Origin: Octopus bimaculoides
Lineage: Eukaryota
DNA length: 64,000 nt
Reading direction: 5' to 3'
NCBI RefSeq assembly: GCF_001194135.2
Contig: NC_068982.1
Span: forward strand, 67,600,042 to 67,664,041
Each line of letters starts with the position of its first letter. Position 1 is the first letter of the stretch. Positions 51,728 to 64,000 of the stretch are shown here, piece after piece. The notes beneath the pieces were generated by a model. The model ran no database searches, was not told the origin of the DNA, and worked only from the letters and a program-made list of their open reading frames with translations. The translations under genes were made by a program, and so were the position numbers.

Positions 51728-52843
51728 AATGTATAGAACGAGAGACACATTAAAACGTCTGACGTGAAATAAGTCAGTGACAAATCAGTGGCGCCGAAAC
51801 AGCTGCTCCAAAACGTCTCATACTTAGGACTGAAATGTTGTATCTGCTTGATATTAGTAGCAACTAAGTGCTATTGTAGCAGAATAACACTAAATTGTCA
51901 CGACTCACTAGAGGTTGTTTTTAAAGTCTCTGTTCAAAATGTAAGACAAAATATTAAAACCCTACAGTGTAGGGATTTTAAATGATCTCTTGTTAAGTAA
52001 GATGTACTAATAATAAAATGAGAACTTGGTTTATTGCTCAGAAGTTTTAAAAAATCGCTGTCAGTAAGCCATTACTCATATAATATTTTCTCGTTTTTGA
52101 AGAAGTTAGATTAATTTTCGAAGATAAACGAACTCCACGAACAATGTATTGAAGACTTGTTGATTAAATATACTTAGAACTTCTAGCACATGTTGAATAA
52201 ATATTTGTTCTTGACAGACAGAAGCGGGGTGTAGTGTGATATTCTGTCATTCAGAGAAAATTTTATAGGCAATTTACGCAGAAGTAGAAACTGAAACAGC
52301 CATTTGTTTTTCCTCTTAGGTGAGAAATATCTTGGCTTCACGTACAATGAATAATTGAAAATGAGTTCTCTAATCAAGCTAGTTATTTACGGCAAGCAAA
52401 AATTGAAAATAATTTTCACTCGCTTTCAATCTCTTTTTTTCTTCTTTCATCACCATCTTTCAAGAATTGTTGTTTTTCCTTTTGTGTGATTTATAATATT
52501 TTTAACTTGCTTATGTTTCACATCAGAAGCACTTTTTATCGATAATAATGTTTGTTATATATTTCCAGAATTTTCTTCATCCAGACCTGATACATAAAAA
52601 AAAAAAAAAACTGATGGATGTAATATTTATGTCAGTGTCATGATGTTAACATTGCTAAGTTCAAATAAGCAGAGTGTTTCGAATGCAAGGAACAAAATCT
52701 TATCTTTAAACTCTATTCTAGCTTTTTATTCCTCACTACAGGGTTTCTCATGTGAGCGCGTCTGTTTATCAAACTGTCTAGCATATTTCGACACGCACAC
52801 CTACCCGCCTATATATAATTTTTCTGCTGTTTTAGCGGCGATA

Positions 52844-53227
52844 TGGACGGCACTCCGTCACTTACGACGTCGAGGGTTCCAGTTGATCCGATCAACGGAA
52901 CAGCCTGCTCGTGAAATTAACGTGCAAGTGGCTGAGCACTCCACAGACACGTGTACCCTTAACGTAGTTCTCGGGGATATTCAGCGTGACACAGTATGAC
53001 AAGGCTGACCCTTTGAATTACAGGCACAAGAGAAACAGGAAGTAAGAGTGAGAGAAAGTTGTGGTGAAACAGTACAGCAGGGTTCGCCACCACCCCCTGC
53101 CGGAGTCTCGGGGAGCTTTAGGTGTTTTCGCACAATAAACACTCACAACGCCCGGTCTGGGAATCGAAACCGCGATCCTATGACCGCGAGTCCGCTTCCC
53201 TAACCACTGGGCCATTGCGCCTCCACC
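52844..53227 (-). mobile_element. tRNA-derived SINE family D with 11-bp TSD
   Basis: Minus head GTGGAGGCGCAATGGCCCAGTGGTTAGG...GGTTTCGATTCCCAG (A and B boxes); TSD TAGCGGCGATA at 52833-52843 and 53228-53238. Confidence 0.88.
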
Positions 53228-53599
53228 TAGCGGCGATAATGCGTTCGAAAATATGCATTATGTACGTCTGCACACACGCACGTATATACACGCGCGCGCG
53301 CGCACACACACACACACGAACGCATATATATATATGTATATATATATACAAACACACATATATATATATATAATTAAAAGATGAAAAATATACCTATAAG
53401 AGTATAAGAGGAACCGCCCCAACCAGCTTAATAACCCCAAAATATCCTTTTAATTTTATGATATTTTATACACATATATATTGATGATCTTCCTATCAAT
53501 GTATTTGGTTAAACCCACTTGGCATCAGGATTGCTTTTAACAATCCCTTACGTGGATATCGTTTCCACAAATTCTGAATGCTTATATAAATATGTATAT

Positions 53600-53879
53600 N
53601 NNNNNNNNNNNNNNNNNNNNNNNNNNNNNNNNNNNNNNNNNNNNNNNNNNNNNNNNNNNNNNNNNNNNNNNNNNNNNNNNNNNNNNNNNNNNNNNNNNNN
53701 NNNNNNNNNNNNNNNNNNNNNNNNNNNNNNNNNNNNNNNNNNNNNNNNNNNNNNNNNNNNNNNNNNNNNNNNNNNNNNNNNNNNNNNNNNNNNNNNNNNN
53801 NNNNNNNNNNNNNNNNNNNNNNNNNNNNNNNNNNNNNNNNNNNNNNNNNNNNNNNNNNNNNNNNNNNNNNNNNNNNNNN
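53600..53879. other. Assembly gap (280 N)
   Basis: Read directly from the sequence. Confidence 1.
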
Positions 53880-54122
53880 CTTCATCGGAGACGGTGTGAG
53901 AAAATGGTTCAGTAATAGTTATTCTAGATAAGATATGAAATAGAGAGTGAAGTGGAGGAATGAAAATAGACGTAAGATATGCAAGAATATTGTATCTGTA
54001 GATCCATTATTTAGGCAGAGCATATTTCACGTCTATTTTCATTCCCCCACTTCACTCTCTATTTCATATCTTATCTAGAATAACTATTGCTTAACCATCT
54101 TCTCACACCGTCTCCGATGAAG
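53880..54122. repeat. 103-bp inverted repeat with 37-nt loop (family P3)
   Basis: 53880-53982 versus 54020-54122, with about seven mismatches. Confidence 0.92.
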
Positions 54123-54157
54123 GGATATATAAAATATCCTGGAAACAGCTGTAAGAC
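54110..54157 (+). ncRNA. Minimal type-I hammerhead ribozyme with palindromic loopless helix III (Penelope type)
   Basis: GTCT-CCGATGA-AGGGATAT(ATAAA)ATATCCTG-GAA-ACAGCTGT-A-AGAC: 4-bp helix I, 7-bp helix II, palindrome ACAGCTGT, UA cleavage site; U4C and an A-G mismatch at 10.1/11.1. Confidence 0.7.
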
Positions 54158-54424
54158 CTATTTATAAATGTTCTGAAATCTTTCACAGCCTTGGATTTTT
54201 ATCTCATTCTGTTAAGTTCTTTATATACATACATGCTGATATATGACCGACGTTGGACTCCTCATTCACATAATCACCGAACCTGGAGCTTAACTATAGT
54301 CTGTCCATAGCACTTACTCAGCATTACCTGACACCTTTGGGTCTTATTGACACCATTACCTCTCATAACCTCTCTCTCTCTCCCTCTCCCTCTCTCCCCC
54401 CTCTCTTCCTCCCCCTCTCTACAT

Positions 54425-54537
<113 letters not shown>

Positions 54538-54956
54538 ACAAGTTTTAAATCTCTGAGCGAGAAAGTATTTGAAGATTTGGAAGCAGAGTAAGCAGATATG
54601 TCAATAGAAGGGCTGGTTAAAAAGAAGGTTAAGGCCGGAATGAAGAGAAGACAACAAATAATATGGATGAAATGGCTTATTAGACACAGGTCAAAATTAA
54701 GAATAATAGCTTAGCAAGTTCAGTTTGCCTTGTAAAAGGTCTGAATTTTATGTTGTTATTCTAAAAAATTAATGTCACATAAAGTTTATGTGAAGAAATA
54801 TATTTAACTTGCTTTAGAGTCGTAAGTTTAAATGGGAAAAGGTATTACAGTAATTCCAAACTAGTTCATAACAGTAAGTTAACAATGGCTGCCACCAACA
54901 AACGGGATAAAAAGTATAAAATGCAAAAGGGGTATATAAAGTGAATAGGGACTGGC

Positions 54957-54987
<31 letters not shown>

Positions 54988-55259
54988 GATAGATAGATAG
55001 ATAGATAGTTAGCAAGTTAGCTAGCTAGCGAGTTATACATACATACATACATACATACATACATACATTCATACATTCATACATACATACATGCATACAT
55101 ATATATATATAGATGCACGCATATGCACATAGCGCGCGTGCACACACGTATATCGAAACTTAGAAATTATTATGTCCTATACGTAAATAGGTAAGAGAAT
55201 AACTTCGCCTTTGTATTTGGTTTGCAAGATTTTTGATGTGATCTCGTGTGTTGAAACAG

Positions 55260-55570
55260 ATTTTGTTGTATCTCGGAAGGACCATTATTCCAATAATAAA
55301 CACACGAATGGTTCGGTTTCAATTTATTATTTGTCAACTAACTAATCGATTGTTTGAGTAATCATTCGGTTAATCAATCAGTGGTGTTACCGGTGTCCTT
55401 TCATCGCCATTCGGTAGCTCTTCAGTGATATGCGCTCTCTGCTCTAGATCAACTTCAAGTTTGTCTCGGAGATAGACACAAATGGTCGATCGATTAACCG
55501 AATGACTAATCGATTTGTTAGTTGGTTAAATAACTAATTAATTGACAAATAATAAAGTAAAATAGAACCA
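55260..55570. mobile_element. Palindromic repeat family P2 (copy 2)
   Basis: Inverted arms ATGGTTC..TTTATTATTTGTCAA...CATTCGGTTAATC (55309-55380) and 55485-55570. Confidence 0.6.
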
Positions 55571-56714
55571 TGCTGTTATAATATTAAATGTTAGAGGAAA
55601 CGCGTAAAAATCTAAGTCTAAAGAGGTAAGATCCATTGAAATGTATAAAAATGGGAGATAATTTTATGAGTTGAAGCAAAAATATGAATATATAAGTGTG
55701 TTTGCGCGAGCTTTTAAAGATTATTGGGTTATAAAAGCTGTATAAAATTCTGTAATGTATTTAAAAATGTATATGAAAATTATACAAATCTGTATAGAAG
55801 AGTAATTGCAGCCAGCATCTAATACAGATGGATGTGAAAACACAAGCTGGATAAGAGAGGTTGGAAATGCAAACTCGTATACTGAAGTAGGAGTAAATAA
55901 GAGGGGAAAATTTGAGCAGAAATCAGAGTAAGTCCATCTAAGTGTACTATATACATCTACTTGTGCTTGTTGAGATTAATTTACAATATGAAATATAAAA
56001 AAATAAACAATAGTAATAAAACATAAAAATAAATATGTGTGTCTGCATATATATTGTATATGTATGCATACATATACATTTTTTATTTCATTTATTCAGA
56101 CATGGCTAGTATAAGAGGTAGTGTGGGATATAAATAACTTGTATGTTTTTTTTACTTCATAAAATTTTGTTGGTAAAAGGAGTAAGAGGCTTGAGTTACT
56201 TAGGGGTGGTATAATAGGTGTTAAGAAGAAGGGTTCCATTTACAGATATACTTGCATATGTTCCATTATCTCAAAGATATATAAACCAAGTTAATCTTAA
56301 TTCTTTCAACGTGTATATCTTCTAAAAGTAATCGTTTTAATTGGTTGGGTAGTAATAACGGGATGAGTCGTAACGGCAAAGAGCACACGACGTCTACTCC
56401 TTGGTTAAATTATCAACTAGTTTCACTTAACTGATTTATTGAAAAGAGTGTTCTTAATTTATTTGGCAATAGAGATGGTAGGAACAGAGAAAGGACGAAT
56501 TAATTGTAACACGTCAATGTACCAGGATTCTGACATGCAATTTAGAAGTGTTGTTTGCTGAAACGAATTCTCACACGAGAATAGAAATGTCAAGACAGAA
56601 TAGATGATTTATAAAAAGAACAAGAAGTACAAATATCAAATGGAAATGGTTCACTTATACTTCTTTCTATTTTTATATTCCATGTCCACATTTAATTTCA
56701 GTATATGTAGACAT

Positions 56715-56940
56715 AGGCACTACTGTGTGGTTAAGACGCTAGCTTTGCAAGAAAGTAGTTTCGTGTTCAGTCCTACTGTGTAGCATCTCGGGCTGATATT
56801 TTCTACAATAGCCCAAGGTTGACCGATTTGTTGGTGAATTTGGTAGATGGGAACTGTCTAGAAGCCTGTCGTATGTATGTATGTATGTATGTATGTTTAT
56901 GGATGGATAGATATACGAGTGACTGGACAAACGAAAGAAG
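56715..56940 (+). mobile_element. Old SINE family C copy
   Basis: GTGTGGTTAAGA...GTTCAGTCCTACTG...TTTGGTAGATGGGAACTG. Confidence 0.6.
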
Positions 56941-59014
56941 GAGGCACTCATCACATTTATCAGGAACGAAACCTTAAGTTGCATAGGACCGAATCAAACT
57001 GTTTTTAATGATAATATTGGTTTCAAATTTTGGCACTAGGCCAGCAATTCAGATTTACATTCTTCTAACACGAGCTTCAAGAAGCAAACGAGATCTGACA
57101 GTTTTATATGCTAAGCGAAGGCTAATACTTCTGTTAAATTTTTTCGATAACGTGTTGAATGTCACTTTAGTATTGTTGCCACATAGCATTCTGAATCTTG
57201 CAAATCATTTAAAAACTATTCTTCATTAGAAAAAAAAAAAAACTCTACTAATGAATTATTTTGTTTATTAAATAAACTTATATATATTATCTTATCCAGA
57301 AGTGAATACGGTCATGCTTATCTTTGAATTCCTCAGTGTTAAATCTGAGGACATTTCTCAATCACTGAATAGTATATCAATTTATCATCGATAACAATCA
57401 CCAGCATATCAGTATGACAGATAATCGTGAAAAAGTACAAACCTAAATACACAGAGGATAATTGTATTCAGTAGATTAAGATCGGCATGTGGCAGTTTGC
57501 ATTCTCTGCAAAACTAATGATAGAAGAGAAATTTTGATTACATTCTAATTTCAATCTTAAGTTGTATTGTGATCACGTAGTAGTATACACGAGGGGTGTC
57601 AAATGGAGATCTCGATCAACTAACTGCATGATACGTCGGTTAGTTTGATTTACGCAGCCTAATTCAAATACATCTCTAACTGAAATTGTTTCATTACTAT
57701 GTAAGCTTGAAATTAAATAAACATTACTCTTACTTTTCGTTAGTCGATGAGCCAAGTTAAGAAACTTTCAATGAAATTATAGAACATGTAAAACATATAA
57801 GTAAATAATAAATATTAACAAGACACATTGGTCAGGTAAAAAAATCTCTGGAGAATAAATGATTGATGTCTAACATTGGTACAAATCTAGGAATGGGTAC
57901 AGGTGATTAAATTGACCTGAAAATTGAAACTAGAACATATATAGATGTAAGTAAATATTAATTCCTGAAAAAAGTTTCGGTAAAATGAGGAAATGATTAA
58001 ATCTGTTACATATTTTATCGATTCTGGGAGTATGAAAGTCAAAATTAATCTCGGCTAGATTTGAGCAACGTCAAAAGATGTAACTAAATATCTTAAGGCA
58101 TTTAATCCGACATTTGACTGTTTCTTCTGCCCATTCACCCTTCTGTAGGTTAAAATAATGACAAGAGATTTACGAACTTCATTTCTGTGATAAGATTCGC
58201 GTTATCTTGCAAAACATCAGACACGATTTAGTCGAAGATATAAAATAAATCATTCGAGATTTCAAATCGATAATAAGTGTAAATAAAGAGGTAATTATGA
58301 GTGAAATAAATACAAGTGGAGTATGATATCACCTCACTTCCACCTTAATCTGCCACAGCTTCAGCTAGTTTTCCTGGTTATTAATCACGAACTTCAGATT
58401 AATTTGATCACTAATAATAATACTAATAATACGCAGATTTAAGTTCTAATTCTGAATTAGCCAAATGAGATTGCTCAGTCTATGATCAATAAAGATAAGG
58501 TGTTACCTTGAATCCTAGTTGTTGTTTTCTTAATCTTTTGCTGAGATTGTTTGCTTTCAGACCTTTGCCATAAAAATAAATTCGGAATATAATTAAAATA
58601 CTTCTAAGTTATGTGAACAGGTGAATGATCGTCAAACTTGGATTGAATTTTTTATTGAATTTATTACTTTATCCGATGCCAATTAATTTTGAGGTCAACG
58701 AGAGCATACTCCTTTCCTGAGTACATAGAATATTTTCCAATGTAAAAATTTGATATTTTACTGCATATCAAATAAATAAATAAGTAAAATAAATTTTTTT
58801 AAAAACTATAAAACGGGAAGTGAACTGAATACCATTTTGAAATTCATTTACAATACGTATTATTATATTTTTGTTGTTCGCTCTGTGTCGAATTTTTTTT
58901 CAACACGTATATATACCGAGTTAGAATGGAAATTTTTCAGATTTCGGCAGCTGCAGTAACAACAAGGGCTTGAATAACATACGCATGTATATACAAATAA
59001 ACTTAACTACACAA

Positions 59015-59048
<34 letters not shown>

Positions 59049-59120
59049 CATACACATAATACATACATACATACATACGCACACATGCATACGCACACAC
59101 ACATACCTAAAGTGCTACGC

Positions 59121-59630
59121 ATATAGTACTGAGGTGTAGTGTGCGCTCGTCGGATTTTCGTAATTACGCATCGAGCAGAGACCTTAAACTCCTGTTCACC
59201 AGTAATATTGATCTTCGTGAAGTCTGTCACGTGGTTCGCATAACCCAGCATGTCCTGAGCGATTTCCATGAGGAGTTGGTTCTGCTATTCCGCCAGCACC
59301 TTGGGGACGAATTTCGTCGACACTTTCTGCATGCACAGATCCTCCGTTAAAATTGAATGCACTGACCTTATGCTTATTCCCACTTCGTGTGCAATTTCTT
59401 GGATTGTTACATGACGGTCATCCACGACAATACAACGAAGCTTCTGAATCAGCTCTTCGTCTCGGCTTGTAGACGAGCGTGCTTTGGTCTCCACTGTACA
59501 ACTCCTTGGTCCAAGTTTTGGATGATTTGAGCTTGAATATCACGAAGCTTTTGGAAAAACTTGATGCACAGTCTCTGCTTCATACGTTCGGTGAAAACGA
59601 AAATCCGACGAGCGCGCGCACAACGCGTCT
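59121..59630 (-). mobile_element. Mariner transposase N-terminal fragment (HTH region up to the first catalytic Asp)
   Basis: Minus strand MKQRLCIKFF, STSRDEELIQKLR...VTIQEIAHEVGISIRSVHSILTEDLCMQKVSTKFVPKVL and MEIAQDML...NITGE. Confidence 0.85.
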
Positions 59631-59634
59631 GTAT

Positions 59635-60783
59635 TCTAGTCATAATAGCCAGGAACCCGAAAAATACAAACAAGCACACATAATTTCCACATAAACAGTG
59701 ACGTAGACCGCCTCTACCTAAAACGAAAACAAGGCGGCAGAGGTTTAACATTGATCCAAAATGCCTTTGAAGTGCATCCCTTGACCAAGTTTGCATACAT
59801 GAGGCTGATAACATCATAAGACAGGCAGCTCCTTGAGCAACACTCTTTATCTGATAACCTAGAATACATTCCCAAAGAAGTCGCACAACTCTATCGCAAC
59901 ATATCATCAGATGAAAGGATGAACCTATATGAACAGAAGACTATGCATGGATATGTTAGTAGAAAGCTCCGTGATGATAGTAACATCCGTCAACAAAGCA
60001 GTTTATCATGGACGAATAACCGGATTATTACTTCCCACTTTGAAGAGTATGCGTTGGCAATCCAGGAACAGGAAATATCAAAAAGGATAGAGATGCGGGA
60101 AAAGCCGTAAAATGTGACAACCGATGCAGACTTTGTGGAGTTCACACTGAAGATACCACCCATATCATAAGCAGTTGTCCGAAGATGTCATCACGGTATT
60201 ATCTGTCGATGAAACATGACGTTGTATCTAGGACACTCTATAATGAAGTCCGTCGGAAAGATAATCCCGAAGACAAAGAAATAAAAACCCACAATATGGT
60301 AGAAGCCATAGCCACTCATTATAAAAAGGAATACTGGTGGAATGTACCAGTAAAGACCTCAATGAAATGTAAGCACAACAGACCTGATATAATGATTTAG
60401 GATAGAGAAGAGAAACTGTGCACAGTTGTGGAAATTAACTACCCAGCAGATGTTAACATAAAACTGAAGATCAGTGAAAAAGAGAACACCTATGCTGAAT
60501 TATTGAGAAATCTGCAGTTACTCTATCCAGATTACAAGTTCAGGTTTATACCTGTAATTATTGGAGCCCTGGGATATGTAACACACAGCCTAAATACCAA
60601 TCTTGAGAAATTAGGCTTCTCAAAACCAGAAGAAAGCTAATTCGAAGACTACAGATCCAATCCATCAGTGGAAATGTAAAAATCTGTAAAACTTTCCAGA
60701 AGTTTATCATTTAAATATATATGAGCATGTCTAGATATGCAACTATATGCATGAGAATACATACATAAAACATACAAATCTAC
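59635..60783 (+). mobile_element. R4/Dong-like RLE retrotransposon (ATAC family), about 1.15-kb 3' part
   Basis: FHINSDVDRLYLKRKQGGRGL; CCHC knuckle CRLCGVHTEDTTHIISSC (60125-60178); KHD; RPD (60380-60388); VVEINYPAD; IPVIIGALG; 3' UTR ends in (ATAC)n; stops and frameshifts. Confidence 0.9.
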
Positions 60784-60797
60784 TCATACATACATAC

Positions 60798-61372
60798 TTG
60801 ATGATGGCTGTCCACTCGTGACCGAGGAAGACCATTGCCGACCTTCAGGAACATCGTGCGCTCTAGGACTAACTTATATTTTGCATTTGCGGCTCCGTTG
60901 GTGGCTAATGAGCCCTGCTCTTGACAAGCATACTCGACTGCAAACATTGCAGACCAAGCTTTCCCCATTCACTATACGAGTCGTGCGCTTTCGCGCAGCT
61001 CGCTTAAGTTCTTCATGCTGGATACGTGCTCTCTTAACCTGCTTCCTCCATATGTGGCGATGACAGGCATTTTTCTCCCAGTCAGTGTCCTGCATATCAA
61101 TGTGTAGTAACTACAGAGGTATTGCTCAACTATCAGCTGCTGGCAAATATTCTTCTTACCCGTCTGAATGAGTGTCTCGTAAATGATGTCCTATCCGAAT
61201 CTCAATGTGGCTTCCGATCTGGTAGAGGGACAATGGATATGATTTTCACAGCAAGGCAGATGCAGGAGAAGTGCTATGAGCAGAATATGGATCTTGCCCA
61301 GGTATTCATTGATTTAACAAAGGCCTTTGATACTGTAAATAGGGCCTTCCTATGGAAAATACTTGGCAAATA
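60798..61372. mobile_element. RTE (BovB-like) element with inverted structure: C-terminus and tail on minus, RT domains on plus
   Basis: Minus 60798-61100: DTDWE...CNVCSRVCLSRAGLISHQR with (TCA) tail. Plus 61103-61372: CSNYRG...SESQCGFRSGRGTMDMIFTARQMQEKC...FIDLTKAFDTVNR. Confidence 0.85.
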
Positions 61373-62081
61373 GAGAGAAAACTCTTTGCTGATGCGCACA
61401 TCAGCAAAAAGTTTTCACGCTGTAGTACATATTCTGTGTATGTGCGATCGATAATGTTTACATTACTAGGACTGGTATTAATTCGCAATTTGATATATAT
61501 GTATATGAATAGAGGACACAAATTATTTTCCTATGACTGTCGACATTTCTACACCGGCTTTCTTTGTTTAATACGATAACCTTGATGTCATTGCAGTTTC
61601 TAACTGTCTGTCTGTTTGTCTGTCTGTCTATCCAAAGCATGCAATCTACTTCTCACAATATAGCAATGCCATAATACATAACAATGTAACAAATGACTGA
61701 TACAGACACACACAAATATACACATACATGTGTGTATGTGTGTGCGTGTATGCATGTATTTATATGTATATATAAATGTATACATATATGTTTGTTTGTA
61801 TACATATACGTACAAGCATATATATATATATATATATATATAACGGACGGCCTATAACAAATGAGTTAGCATAGGAAACACGAGATCGTGTTTAGTTCGT
61901 GCAGCAAGCTGTTTACAGCAACCGAATTAGTTGTCTAAGATCAGTTGTTGAAAGTATATTTGTATTGTTGCTTTTTGTTTTTTAAGATTACGTTTGATAC
62001 ACCCACTTGATGCATTACCTTCGCATGTCGTCCAACAATGTATTTAGCTCCAATTCTTTCCAGTGCCAACCCCTACTCGAT

Positions 62082-62127
<46 letters not shown>

Positions 62128-62229
62128 CTGTTTTTCATGTTCGATGTAAAATCTCTATCGTTTTGTATATCTTTATAATTATTCATCTTCAGCATCCCTG
62201 TGATAATGGAATATATTGTTGCTAATAAA

Positions 62230-62416
62230 GCTGCAAAATCGCAGAATCGTTAGTGCGTCGAAAGGATCAGTAGCTTTTTTCCCCATAACATAAGCTTTTT
62301 TCCCCATAACATAAGCTTTTTTCCCCATAACATAAGGTGCCAGTCAAGTACTGGACCCGATGCCATCGACTTCTTTCTCCCCTTAAAACTGCTAGCTTTG
62401 TGCCAAAAATTTGACA
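62230..62416 (+). mobile_element. Old SINE family A copy with an internal 21-bp triplication
   Basis: GCAGAATCGTTAGTGCG head; GCTTTTTTCCCCATAACATAA three times; family A tail. Confidence 0.6.
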
Positions 62417-62622
62417 TAAATATTATTAATGGTAGTGGCTGAAGCAGGAAGAGCAGGAAATTGAGGAATAGAAAAGTGGAAGGAGACATTATGCGCGTTC
62501 CTAACTGCGCCAGAGCAGACTCTGCCAAAAGATACTCAAGGATGTATGCACGCGCGCGCGCGCATCGATATTTTATAAATTTAAAGCTTATAAGTGATCA
62601 CCGATTAATGACTAAAGAAAAT

Positions 62623-62697
62623 AGGGGCATAAATGGTAACTTGGTAACAGACTTGTCGCGAAAACAAAGAGCTGTGGGTTCGAGTCCCATGCGTACG
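62623..62697 (+). pseudogene. Possible degenerate tRNA or SINE head
   Basis: TTGGTAA D-loop-like motif and GTGGGTTCGAGTCCCAT T-arm/B-box; acceptor stem not convincing. Confidence 0.25.
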
Positions 62698-64000
62698 AAA
62701 ATTCTACTTTTTTCCGTCGAGGGCTTATGAGCATTGCTGAATCCTGATGTTAGGTTGAACAAGCTTTGCCCCGTGTAGGACGACTTGACTATACGCTGAA
62801 TCCATCGGGAAGGTCACCCTGTCACCTTCCCCTGTCTGGTGGCCATATGGAAAGGAATTGTATTCTTAAAAATAAAAAGTTTTTTTTCAATCGCAATGCC
62901 CTCCTTGATTACTCTAAGTTTCACTTGAATAGGAAAGCCAGAAAAAAAGGGAGAGATCATTAACTTCAGTAAGTTTGCTGAAACACAGGTGAGATTGATG
63001 ATTGTGGTAAGGATGACAACATTCAGCTGGAAAACACTCCCGGAAAATGGTACTTATTAAATTATGGATCTGTATAATGCTTTGATTGGTCTAAGGTTTG
63101 TGTCACTATATTGGAACGTATCATTTCATACCTTTTGTATATTCCCTGACCCATTATTTTTTTCTATTATCGAATTTGTGTAAAAGAACTATTTTCATAA
63201 CATCTTGTAATGTCCTTCAATTACTCTGTGGCAAATAATATTATTACTATTATATATATATATATATTTATATATTATTACCAACAGCAACATTATATCA
63301 CAGATACTCCATGTTCCTAAATGGCTTTTCTTGAATTCCCTTTTTTGTATTGATCTTATATATTATTCAGGTTTATTTGCTCTTACTGAATGAAACTGCT
63401 TCTTCCAACCAGCTCTACCCAACTCTACTCTCCGAATACAGAAAATTTTTATAGTAAGTGGCATTACACATAAAGTCCTTCTCTTTGATTGCCTTAATTT
63501 GCACGCAGCAGAATAGCACCTTGTACCATGAGGTTTTATTGCTTCTTCGCGCTTTTGATAACCCAACACATAGCGACATAAGAAAAATATATACCAATGC
63601 ATAGAAGCACACATGTAGACATATATACACACATAAAAATATATACATATAACAATGCATGTACATACGCACATACACACACTGTCTTTCTCTCACACAA
63701 ATACATTCATATATATAAGTGGGTATATATGTGTGTATGCATGTATGTGTACGCTTGTATTCTCAGTATGTGCCATTACACAATAGTCCGGAAATAACAC
63801 AGAAAGCAAGAGTGCAATAAAATTATTAAAGTAAATACGTACACACAAATGCACATGCGCTCACGTACACAATCACACAACTCACACATATATTTATCTA
63901 TACACAAATATGGACACACACACATATATAAATCTATACACACGCATAAAATATACATTTATATATAATACATACCTATATACACACATTTGTATGCACA

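Noticed and set aside
53470-53495. YIDDL motif suggesting a PLE RT next to the P3 hairpin
   Set aside because: Five residues beside a TA-rich tract with stops nearby; compatible with chance.
57584-57610. TACACGAGGGGTGTCAAA mariner-TIR-like start
   Set aside because: No matching second TIR or transposase sequence found.
63440-63600. Minus-strand YVLGYQKREEAIKPH resembling a Bro-N motif
   Set aside because: Short single-motif resemblance in low-complexity surroundings with no further support.

Overview
AT-rich, microsatellite- and transposon-dense eukaryotic non-coding DNA (intron or intergenic) with three sized N gaps. The SINE and LINE families and the TTAGGG telomere motif fit an octopod cephalopod; this is inferred from recall and was not searched. 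No intact protein-coding gene is recognisable, and almost all ORFs in the track are microsatellite artefacts or decayed transposon fragments. The window holds about 20 copies of one tRNA-headed SINE, three other SINE families, and remnants of R4/Dong-like (RLE), Tx1/L1, RTE, CR1/L2-like and Penelope-like retroelements plus hAT and mariner transposases. The most unusual signals are four. (1) Minimal type-I hammerhead ribozyme motifs sit in three different palindromic repeat families (54110, 12552/15124, 18631/55386). (2) A 575-596 bp MITE is present twice with 37-bp TIRs, 8-bp TSDs and a central inverted telomere palindrome (TAACCC)n-TA-(GGGTTA)n. (3) Two R4/Dong-like families sit in different microsatellites, (TAA)n and (ATAC)n. 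(4) A CCAAT box lies 45 bp upstream of a DHFR-type overlapping E2F site at 16.6 kb. A few short host-exon candidates are weakly supported. Repeat coordinates are approximate unless a TSD is quoted.
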